Part shown: piece after piece, positions 1 through 7,371 of the stretch
How the letters are laid out: each line of letters begins with the position of its first letter
Position numbering within the stretch: position 1 is the stretch's first letter
Source: Nitrososphaerota archaeon
GTDB taxonomy: Archaea; Thermoproteota; Nitrososphaeria; Nitrososphaerales; UBA57
Direction: 5' to 3'
Length of the DNA: 31,282 nucleotides
Assembly (NCBI GenBank): GCA_013378385.1
Contig: JACAFS010000004.1
Span: 1 to 31,282 of the forward strand
Program-made: the position numbers and the translations under genes
The notes under the pieces: model-generated
What the model was told of the DNA's origin: nothing
The model's database searches: none
What the model saw: only the letters and a program-made list of their open reading frames with translations

Positions 1-99
1 CTTTCAGGTATATATGAAGCTCATGTACTATTAATAAGAAATTTTCTGAAACTTTCTAATGCTGATGTTGTCTCTACCTTAACCATGATATCATTATGA
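1..99 (+). CDS. Probable 3' end of an unidentified CDS that starts upstream of the window
   Basis: Frame 1 is open from base 1 for 32 codons (LSGIYEAHVLLIRNFLKLSNADVVSTLTMISL) to TGA at 97-99. The other two + frames hit stops within about 10 codons, as expected in this AT-rich DNA. Too short to assign a family. Confidence 0.3.
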   Translation, partial: LSGIYEAHVLLIRNFLKLSNADVVSTLTMISL

Positions 100-148
100 T
101 TATCTTATTAATTTAGTTTACGGGTAATCACATTGAAAAATATTATAT

Positions 149-700
149 TCATATTTTATAATCATTAATCACTTCAATTACTTCTGTAAAATCTCTCACT
201 CGAATTAAATTGTCACGACTACTTATGTGACTATTCCAAGGTTGATTGTATACTAAAGCTAATTTACCCAAATTAGCGATTTCAGTTATTTGTATTGGCG
301 AATCATCAACGAATATGTCATAATCTAAATTCCCTTTCAAATAATATTCATCCACCACCACTATCTCGTCAAATGTAATTTTGCTCATTTCAAGCCATTT
401 CATTACGTCATTCATTGTTTTTTTATTTCTAGCCGTTACCAAATCTGTTTTTCCAAATCCTCTAATCACCTGAATTTTTTGCTGCAATCCTGTTTCCGTT
501 TCATCTATTGATTGCCATTCTTTCCATGCTTCATCAAATACATCTTCAAATGATTGTTTTGAAATACCTATTTTCTTCCAAAAATCCCATTGATCTACAT
601 CATTTTTATCAATTAAAATATCGAATTTTTCATTCAATAGCCTCATCCATATCTTTGATGCATCTGCCAATACACCGTCTAAATCTACTGCAATTTTCAT
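149..700 (-). CDS. HAD-superfamily 5'(3')-deoxyribonucleotidase-like phosphatase (NT5C-like)
   Basis: N-terminal HAD motif I MKIAVDLDGVLAD (DxDxV) and C-terminal IFVDDSP motif. The roughly 180 aa size and layout are typical of NT5C-type nucleotidases. Confidence 0.65.
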   Translation of the reverse strand: MKIAVDLDGVLADASKIWMRLLNEKFDILIDKNDVDQWDFWKKIGISKQSFEDVFDEAWKEWQSIDETETGLQQKIQVIRGFGKTDLVTARNKKTMNDVMKWLEMSKITFDEIVVVDEYYLKGNLDYDIFVDDSPIQITEIANLGKLALVYNQPWNSHISSRDNLIRVRDFTEVIEVINDYKI

Positions 701-769
701 AATTTTAACACAAACCTACTCTTTCTCTGAAAATATTAAAAGATTATAACTTGTTTATTAATTGCGACA

Positions 770-1285
770 TTGAGTAATACAAATCTATTTGTTTATCATA
801 TGAACCAAGATGACCCAAAAAAATGCACTGCATTAAAATTAGTAAGATTAGGTCTAGTAAAAAAAATCTCACTAAGACAAGTTTCTAAAAATGCCCTTTT
901 GTTGAATCCTATGTCAACTGAAATAATCTGTAAGACCGACGCAAAATATCTGAATTCCGGTTTAGTTGTTATTGATTGTTCATGGAAAAAAGGTACGGAT
1001 ATCTTTAAAAAACGACTTCCAGGAACCAACAAAAGACTTCCAATATTACAAGCTGGAAATCCCACTAACTATAGCAAGCTGTTTACACTTTCATCATCTG
1101 AGGCTCTTGCCGCATCATTATTTATTACTGGCAGACAAGAAGAATCAGAGTTGGTACTCTCAAAATTCAAATGGGGTCATACTTTTTTTGAACTGAATTC
1201 TGGTATTCTTGACGATTATTGCAAGGCTAATACATCGGATGAAATCGCAATTATCGAGAAACAGTATTATGAAAAATTCTTATAA
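770..1285 (+). CDS. tsr3: 16S rRNA aminocarboxypropyltransferase Tsr3
   Basis: Family-typical N-terminus LFVYHMNQDDPKKCTALKL, the VIDCSW motif, and about 170 aa. The conserved N-terminus lies upstream of the first ATG, so the TTG at 770 is the likely start. Confidence 0.75.
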   Translation: MSNTNLFVYHMNQDDPKKCTALKLVRLGLVKKISLRQVSKNALLLNPMSTEIICKTDAKYLNSGLVVIDCSWKKGTDIFKKRLPGTNKRLPILQAGNPTNYSKLFTLSSSEALAASLFITGRQEESELVLSKFKWGHTFFELNSGILDDYCKANTSDEIAIIEKQYYEKFL

Positions 1286-1330
1286 CTAAACTCTATCACA
1301 TTATCCTTAAGTATAATAATCACTAATATT

Positions 1331-1780
1331 ATGAATACGATGTTATTACCTGCTGAGATTGAAACTAAGACATCTGTTCCTGCACTTAGAGCTCTTGTTG
1401 CAAAAAGATTAATCAATGAATATCATTTTAGTCAAAAAGATACTGCAAAATTAATTGGCGTCACACAAGCTGCAATTAGTAATTATCTTCGAGGAACACG
1501 AGGCAATCTAACTTCATTAGGTGACGATGAAAGAATTCAAGATATTGTCGGTGAAATTACAACCATGATGATTGACAAACATGAATTAAGTGACATCATC
1601 GCAAAATTCAACGAAGCTTGTAGTATAATCCGAGGCAATCGAATGTTATGTGATATTCATAAAAAATTAGAACCTTCACTTGATGTTGATAACTGTCATG
1701 TTTGTGAAATGGACAATGATGCACCATCTAATTCATCACCATCTAATTCATCACAAAGTTTTGATATATCCTTAAAATAA
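1331..1780 (+). CDS. HTH (XRE-like) transcriptional regulator with C-terminal Cys/His cluster and low-complexity tail
   Basis: Helix-turn-helix signature SQKDTAKLIGVTQAAISNYLRG, then C-x3-H ... C-x2-C (CDIHKK...NCHVCE). Resembles the small archaeal COG2522-type regulators (recollection, not searched). Confidence 0.55.
   Translation: MNTMLLPAEIETKTSVPALRALVAKRLINEYHFSQKDTAKLIGVTQAAISNYLRGTRGNLTSLGDDERIQDIVGEITTMMIDKHELSDIIAKFNEACSIIRGNRMLCDIHKKLEPSLDVDNCHVCEMDNDAPSNSSPSNSSQSFDISLK
1724..1753 (+). repeat. Perfect 15-bp tandem duplication (CCATCTAATTCATCA x2) inside the regulator gene
   Basis: Bases 1724-1738 and 1739-1753 are identical. They encode PSNSS-PSNSS in the C-terminal tail. Confidence 0.9.
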
Positions 1781-1799
1781 ATCTATAATTAATATTACG

Positions 1800-2522
1800 A
1801 TGAAAATAGTCCCTTTAGGTACAGGTGATGCATTTGCATCTGATGGCCGTGCTAGTACATCTATTCTGCTTGATGGAACTTCTAAAATACTATTGGATTG
1901 TTCGCCTCAAGCAATTCAATCATTAAGAAAATATAATCTTTCACCCAATCAAATTGACTATATCTTTATCTCACATTTACACGGAGATCATTCTGGCGGC
2001 CTTCCTTTCTTTCTACTAAATCTTAAAAATCGTGAATCCGGAGTAGTAACAATCAGTGGTCCACCTGGTTTAAAAGAACAAATTACAAATGTTTATGCAG
2101 AGTATTTTGGAGATATCGACATAACTGAATATTTTAAATTTAAATCTCTTACATCAGACTATCCATTTAGTTTACAATATATTGAAGGAGATCATTCAGT
2201 TCTAGATTATGTGTATAAAATCAAACTTGATGACAAAATAATTGTTTACACTGGAGATACTCGGCCCATTGATTTATCTGAATTCGCTCAAAACGCTGAT
2301 TATTTGATACATGAAGCCGGAGAAATCGATTCCAATCGCGCACATGTATCTGCACATACTACGCCTATCCAAGCTGCCGAAATTGCAAAAAACGCTAATG
2401 TCAAAAATCTTATTTTAATACATCGAGCTAACTTTAATCAAGAATTAATTGATAACATTCAATCAATTTTCCCTAATATATTACTGCCTAACGACCTTGA
2501 TATTATAGAATCGACTAAATAG
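1800..2522 (+). CDS. Metallo-beta-lactamase-fold hydrolase
   Basis: HxHxDH motif (SHLHGDHSGG), later TGDT and HEA/H residues typical of the MBL fold, 240 aa. Substrate not inferable. Confidence 0.7.
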   Translation: MKIVPLGTGDAFASDGRASTSILLDGTSKILLDCSPQAIQSLRKYNLSPNQIDYIFISHLHGDHSGGLPFFLLNLKNRESGVVTISGPPGLKEQITNVYAEYFGDIDITEYFKFKSLTSDYPFSLQYIEGDHSVLDYVYKIKLDDKIIVYTGDTRPIDLSEFAQNADYLIHEAGEIDSNRAHVSAHTTPIQAAEIAKNANVKNLILIHRANFNQELIDNIQSIFPNILLPNDLDIIESTK

Positions 2523-2552
2523 TTATAATTTATTTTAAACTAATGAAACTTA

Positions 2553-3005
2553 TTGAAATATTATTCCACTAAAAAATTTGGACCTATAACTACTGGTCAT
2601 AGGCAATGGAAAGATTCAGGACATTGTAAATATGTGCATGGATATGCTAGATCTGTCGAGATTACTTTTGCATGTGATAGCCTTGACGATAAGCAATGGG
2701 TTATGGACTTTGGTGGACTGAAAGATATAAAAAATTGGTTGAATGAACAATGGGATCATAGACTGCTAATTGCCAGTGACGACCCACTAATATCTGATTT
2801 CAAGTCACTTCATGACAAAGGTGGATGCAATCTCAATATTATGGATATTGAACAAGGATGGGGTCCTGGAATAGAAGCTTCCTGCAAATTTGTTTATGAC
2901 TATGTAAATAAGTGGATTAAGAACTCAACTGATTCTCGAGTTTGGGTACATAAAGTACAAATATGGGAACATGAAAATAATTCGGCGTTTCTTGCAAATG
3001 AATAG
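2553..3005 (+). CDS. queD: 6-carboxy-5,6,7,8-tetrahydropterin synthase (QueD / PTPS family)
   Basis: YSTKKFGPITTGHRQW...HCKYVHGY (CxxxHG[HY] zinc/catalytic region), DFGGLKDIK and WDHRLLIA motifs of the T-fold PTPS/QueD family. TTG start at 2553. Adjacent to queC. Confidence 0.7.
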   Translation: MKYYSTKKFGPITTGHRQWKDSGHCKYVHGYARSVEITFACDSLDDKQWVMDFGGLKDIKNWLNEQWDHRLLIASDDPLISDFKSLHDKGGCNLNIMDIEQGWGPGIEASCKFVYDYVNKWIKNSTDSRVWVHKVQIWEHENNSAFLANE

Positions 3006-3017
3006 GTTACACAAATT

Positions 3018-3680
3018 TTGAATCCATCTAATTCTGCCTTAATCTTACTCTCTGGAGGAATTGATTCAGCAGTAGCACTCTGGAAAATGAAAGAACTAAA
3101 TTACAATGTTTATACAATTACTTTTGATTATAATAAAAGATTCACAAAAGAAATCGAATGTTGCTCCTTGATATCAAACAAATCTAATGCACTTTCACAC
3201 AAAACTATTGACCTCAATTTTCTTTCTGAATTCGAAGATGAAACTTATAGTGAATCAAGTCCATTATTTAATCATAAAGATAACGTCCCTCCAAATTATA
3301 TTCCTTCTCGGAATTTAATTTTCTACTCTATTGCATTATGGTGGGCCGAAACAACTGGAATTGAAACTATTGTTGGAGGACATAATAAGAATGACATTGA
3401 TTCATTTCCTGATTCTAATAATGAATTCTTTCAACATCTGAATCAATTAGTCAATGATTCAACATATGGATCACGTGAAATTTCATATAATATACGTATG
3501 CCATTAAGTGGGCTTGACAAAAGACAAGTAATTGAGGAAGCTTTACGTCTAAATGTACCACTTGAATTAACATGGTCTTGTGAAAGACAAGAAGATGTTC
3601 CATGCAAATCTTGTCGATCATGTAAATTAAGAATTGATAGTTTTTCCGGATTAGGAATTCAAGATCCACTAACTAAATAA
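3018..3680 (+). CDS. queC: 7-cyano-7-deazaguanine (preQ0) synthase QueC
   Basis: PP-loop LILLSGGIDSAVAL at the N-terminus and the C-terminal zinc cluster WSCE...CKSCRSCKLR. 220 aa, TTG start. Confidence 0.85.
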   Translation: MNPSNSALILLSGGIDSAVALWKMKELNYNVYTITFDYNKRFTKEIECCSLISNKSNALSHKTIDLNFLSEFEDETYSESSPLFNHKDNVPPNYIPSRNLIFYSIALWWAETTGIETIVGGHNKNDIDSFPDSNNEFFQHLNQLVNDSTYGSREISYNIRMPLSGLDKRQVIEEALRLNVPLELTWSCERQEDVPCKSCRSCKLRIDSFSGLGIQDPLTK

Positions 3681-3755
3681 TTAGCACTATTGCATTTTCA
3701 TTCATTAATTTTATATTATATCATGTACCGGTATAAAAATAACTGAGAGGATTAT

Positions 3756-4487
3756 TTGTTAGATAAATCAAAACAAAAGAAATTTTCATCTACTGATACT
3801 CTGCCTGATATTCAAAATCAGAGCTCTTCTGTAGACGTTTCAGCTGGAATCTCAAATTTCAAAACGCTATACAATAGCGATGTAGGTCCCTTATTTCTTA
3901 ATTTCACCATCAGTGTCTCTACTCAGAACACTCGCGGAGTTCATATGAGCCGTTTAATTAAATCCACCTTGAATCACACATCTGGTAGATACATTGAAGA
4001 CTCTCTCGTAAAAATTCATGATGAGATAACCCGAACACAACCTAATTGTATCATTAATGTAAAATTCCAATTTCCTGTACAAGATCAATTTCTTGATACA
4101 TCTATTACACTAAATCCGAACAAAGACTTTGATTATGTGTTTAAACTTACAGGCATTACCTCATGTCCTTGTAGTAAAGCAATCTCTGGAGTTGGTCACA
4201 TGCAAAGAACAATACTTACTCTCAAGTTACATCAGACCGACATGATAAATTTCGAAGAAGTTGCACTAAATCTTAACGAATGTTTTTCTGCAAGTCTGAA
4301 AGAATTTCTTAACCGAGCAGACGAGGCAAACAAGATCATTGATGCTCAAAATAACTCGAAGTTTGTTGAAGATGTAGTTCGTGATTGCTTAAAGAGATTT
4401 ACTAATGCTAAATATATTCATGCACAAAGTTTAGAATCAATTCATTCACACGACGCCATTGCAACATGGCCTAAAAATAGTGTTTAA
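3756..4487 (+). CDS. folE2: GTP cyclohydrolase, FolE2/MptA (type IB) family
   Basis: LPDIQ near the N-terminus, the RGVHMSRL motif and the TSCPCSK metal-binding motif typical of FolE2/MptA. TTG start, preceded by GAGAGG 6 nt upstream. Confidence 0.7.
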   Translation: MLDKSKQKKFSSTDTLPDIQNQSSSVDVSAGISNFKTLYNSDVGPLFLNFTISVSTQNTRGVHMSRLIKSTLNHTSGRYIEDSLVKIHDEITRTQPNCIINVKFQFPVQDQFLDTSITLNPNKDFDYVFKLTGITSCPCSKAISGVGHMQRTILTLKLHQTDMINFEEVALNLNECFSASLKEFLNRADEANKIIDAQNNSKFVEDVVRDCLKRFTNAKYIHAQSLESIHSHDAIATWPKNSV

Positions 4488-4504
4488 TTATTAATTAATT
4501 ACTT

Positions 4505-5143
4505 TTAGCGATTCGCTGTTTCCATTACTTTCAAAAATTCTTCTTTATTCTCAAACTGAAGAAATGAATTATGTCGTTTCTCATATCTGATGCTTGAAAT
4601 CAGTCTAGACCCATAATCGTGTCCAGGACAAATCTTTACATGGTCATCTAATTTCATAATCTTCTGAAAACTTTTGAATAAGTCAGCTTCTTTTCCACCT
4701 GGAAGATCGGTTCTTCCACATCCTCCTACAAATAATGTATCCCCTGTGAATAGATAGTTTTTCTTAGTATCCGTTTTGTCAGATAATAAATAACATATTC
4801 CATCAGGTGTATGTCCAGGAGTGTGCATTATCCTTAAAGTTAATGCATCTAATTTTATCACTTCTTTATCCTTTAACCCTCTGTCTATACGTGTTGGTGA
4901 ACTTTTATGTGCACAAATCTTCCCACCTGTTCTTTGCGCCGCTTCTTTATTTCCTATAGTATGATCCCAATGGCTATGCGTATTGAAAATATATTTTATA
5001 TTGATATCTAACTTCCTTACTGCAGTTATTACCTTGTCAATATCATACGAAGGATCAATAATAAAGCCATTTCTTGTTTCGCTATCGCCTACAACATAAG
5101 TAAAATTTTTCATATTTCCGACGATAATCTGCATGAATTCCAT
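4505..5143 (-). CDS. Metallo-beta-lactamase-fold hydrolase (glyoxalase II / hydroxyacylglutathione hydrolase-like)
   Basis: NTHSHWDH (HxHxDH), HTPGHTPD, TGDTLF and PGHDY motifs in the order found in glyoxalase II-like enzymes. 212 aa. Confidence 0.7.
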   Translation of the reverse strand: MEFMQIIVGNMKNFTYVVGDSETRNGFIIDPSYDIDKVITAVRKLDINIKYIFNTHSHWDHTIGNKEAAQRTGGKICAHKSSPTRIDRGLKDKEVIKLDALTLRIMHTPGHTPDGICYLLSDKTDTKKNYLFTGDTLFVGGCGRTDLPGGKEADLFKSFQKIMKLDDHVKICPGHDYGSRLISSIRYEKRHNSFLQFENKEEFLKVMETANR

Positions 5144-5188
5144 AAATTCTATATTTCCTACATTGTAATGTTGGTTGACGAATATATA

Positions 5189-5860
5189 CTATAGGTTATT
5201 TTCCAATTCTGGCGGTATTCCTATATCGACAACAACAATCTCACCAGTTATTTCATCTTTATCCAATAATCCATCTTTACTCTTATGAAATGTTACAGTT
5301 AATTCTGCCCTTACAACATCACCCGAGATACTTCCATCCAATGGACTAAGTCCTGACGGAACATCTACTGCCACTATTGACTTTCCACTTTTGTTGATCT
5401 GATTAATCACATTAGCAAATTGTTCTTTTAGATTACCATGTAATCCAGTACCAAATAATGCATCTATGATGATATCACATCTATTTATTTCATATTCACA
5501 CGCATCTAAAAAATTACTATTCTGAAAAAATTCAATTTTCTTTATGTTTTTTATTTTATTAATTCTATTCCAATTTGTTCTTATTTCATCTGTTTTTAAT
5601 TTCCCATCAATATTCAGTAAACAAATAGTTATGTCATCTGAAAACTCTAACAAATGTCTAGCACACACTAATCCGTCTCCTCCATTATTTCCACTCCCAC
5701 AAATTATTGTAATCTTCTTTGATGGAATACTTGCATACCGTTTCTTAATTATTTCAGCTAATTGCAATCCGGCATTTTCCATTAAAATTAGTTTTGATAT
5801 ACCCATTCTTTCTGCCATATCTTCTAATGCCTTCATTTTTTCTGGATGAATTGATTCCAA
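5189..5860 (-). CDS. nnrE: NAD(P)H-hydrate epimerase (YjeF N-terminal domain only)
   Basis: ICGSGNNGGDGLV signature and DALFGTGL motif of YjeF_N. At 223 aa there is no fused dehydratase domain. Confidence 0.8.
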   Translation of the reverse strand: MESIHPEKMKALEDMAERMGISKLILMENAGLQLAEIIKKRYASIPSKKITIICGSGNNGGDGLVCARHLLEFSDDITICLLNIDGKLKTDEIRTNWNRINKIKNIKKIEFFQNSNFLDACEYEINRCDIIIDALFGTGLHGNLKEQFANVINQINKSGKSIVAVDVPSGLSPLDGSISGDVVRAELTVTFHKSKDGLLDKDEITGEIVVVDIGIPPELENNL

Positions 5861-5904
5861 TTAATACATAAATTTAAGTTAAACCAGTATTAATAAAATA
5901 GTAT

Positions 5905-6039
5905 ATGGAAGGTAGAAACTGTTCAGTTTGTAGTAAACCTATGGATAAAGTCCCCGTAAGTGATCATATCGATTTTGTATGTATATCTTGTGGCCCTTCT
6001 AGTCCTATGTTCTGCACTAAAGATAACAAAGAACGCTAA
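5905..6039 (+). CDS. Small zinc-ribbon protein (44 aa), not in the supplied ORF track
   Basis: The ORF opens with ATG and translates to MEGRNCSVCSKPMDKVPVSDHIDFVCISCGPSSPMFCTKDNKER, stopping at TAA 6037-6039. It has two CxxC pairs 17 residues apart. It sits in the gap upstream of the next gene and overlaps only that gene's doubtful GTG-extended N-terminus. Confidence 0.4.
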   Translation: MEGRNCSVCSKPMDKVPVSDHIDFVCISCGPSSPMFCTKDNKER

Positions 6040-6094
6040 AATTATTGCTGTTTTTACTTTCTTTAATATCGAGTTCTACATTTATAATAAATAT

Positions 6095-6724
6095 ATGAAA
6101 ATACCGACAAATTACGATAATCAAGATTTCCCTACAATTACTACTACTCAATTTCTCAATCTCTTTGACCATGAAATTTCTACCATCTATATGGAAACAT
6201 CTGACACTAGAAAAAAAATTATTCCTATATTCTTGTCTTCCACATCTGATTCAACACTAAATATCTATCTTGATTTTGACGCGTGGTTTCGTAGTTATCT
6301 GAGTATTTCCGAAAATAATCCACGTGTGTTACTATTTAAACCAACGCAAATCAATCTTGAAGACTCACTTATTTCTCTATTCTCTTGGACTAAACCAAAA
6401 TTTGATTATCTAATTGTTGATTCGATTCCATCATTTTACAAATTGATTAACAATGGAACTGAACCTAATCGCGCGAGCGAATTATTATTTTATTATTTAT
6501 CTTCATTAAAAAATTTTGTCTGTAATGCTAATGCAAAAATGATATTACTAAACCTGCCAGTCTACAAATCCCTTCCAAAGTCGAATAATAAATTCATAGG
6601 AATGAAAGTTCTTGATCATATCAGTGATACTATACTATACATAGATACTATTCACAATAAAACAAATATTCACATTTTTAATGATGATCTTTCTGTAGAA
6701 AGATCTGTAAATTTAGAAAATTAA
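6095..6724 (+). CDS. RecA/RadB-fold paralogue lacking a Walker A P-loop (hypothetical protein)
   Basis: The ATG at 6095 (M46 of the 5960 ORF) gives 209 aa. Layout resembles the RadB/RecA core: a beta-strand-like ISTIYMETSDTRKK where GxxxxGK[ST] should be, NIYLDFD, RVLLFKP, Walker-B-like DYLIVDSI, a helix ASELLFYYLSSLKNF, a strand KMILLNLP, and LDHISDTILYID. No GKT/GKS anywhere. Confidence 0.5.
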   Translation: MKIPTNYDNQDFPTITTTQFLNLFDHEISTIYMETSDTRKKIIPIFLSSTSDSTLNIYLDFDAWFRSYLSISENNPRVLLFKPTQINLEDSLISLFSWTKPKFDYLIVDSIPSFYKLINNGTEPNRASELLFYYLSSLKNFVCNANAKMILLNLPVYKSLPKSNNKFIGMKVLDHISDTILYIDTIHNKTNIHIFNDDLSVERSVNLEN

Positions 6725-7146
6725 CCGCCTTTTAATGTAACCAAAAAGAAACCAATAATTAATCCAATAAATGCTAAACTAAGACCTGAAATAATATAAG
6801 CTGCTGTTGTTCTTCCCTTTGTAACTTGTTTAGTCGCTCTGCTGATGAAAATAAAACCCAATGTACCACATAGTATTGACGCACTAAAAATGACTGTTTC
6901 TGCTAGTGTCTGAGCTTGAAAACTTTGTATTATTGGTTGTCCTGATGAAGCATATCTAGATCCTTCTAATAATGCATTGACAATACCAGTAGTAAATAAA
7001 ACCATTAAAGTAATGTAAGCAACTTTCAATCCACCTGTTTGAAACATTGACGATACAGTATTGGATATAGTTTTTATAAATCCTATACGACTTATTCTGA
7101 AAAATATATTATTTGTTACCGAATCAATTTTCTGTTTTATTACCAT
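6721..7146 (-). CDS. Small integral membrane protein (about 3 TM segments), function unknown
   Basis: Hydrophobic stretches VAYITLMVLFTTGIVNALL, VIFSASILCGTLGFIFI and AAYIISGLSLAFIGLIIGFFLV. Starts 9 nt after the stop of the upstream small gene, on the same strand as topA. Confidence 0.6.
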   Translation of the reverse strand: MVIKQKIDSVTNNIFFRISRIGFIKTISNTVSSMFQTGGLKVAYITLMVLFTTGIVNALLEGSRYASSGQPIIQSFQAQTLAETVIFSASILCGTLGFIFISRATKQVTKGRTTAAYIISGLSLAFIGLIIGFFLVTLKGG

Positions 7147-7155
7147 CTTATCTTC

Positions 7156-7371
7156 TTACCTTCCTAATTCATCCATTATTACTTGTTTTACTAATGTTCC
7201 AGTTGTTGATATTTCTAATAAGGTTTTCAGATATTGTTCCCTTTCTATGTAATCTACTCTATTTTTCCAAATCACATAACCTGAATTCAAGTTATCTAAG
7301 GCATTATTATGATATATGCAAAATTTACCTTTATTTTCTATATTATTATCACATAATTTACAAGTATTCAT
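7156..7371 (-). CDS. Small zinc-binding protein (71 aa), function unknown
   Basis: N-terminal CKLC-x10-CIYH cluster followed by a helical, charged region. Its ATG overlaps the topA stop codon (ATGA on the minus strand at 7371-7368). Confidence 0.55.
   Translation of the reverse strand: MNTCKLCDNNIENKGKFCIYHNNALDNLNSGYVIWKNRVDYIEREQYLKTLLEISTTGTLVKQVIMDELGR

Noticed and set aside
5960-6094. GTG-initiated, hydrophobic 45-residue N-terminal extension (MIISILYVYLVALLVLCSAL...) of the 254-aa ORF in the track
   Set aside because: The RecA-like core is fully covered from the ATG at 6095. The extension starts at GTG, looks like typical off-frame AT-rich hydrophobic sequence, and overlaps a better-looking ATG-initiated zinc-ribbon ORF (5905-6039) in another frame.
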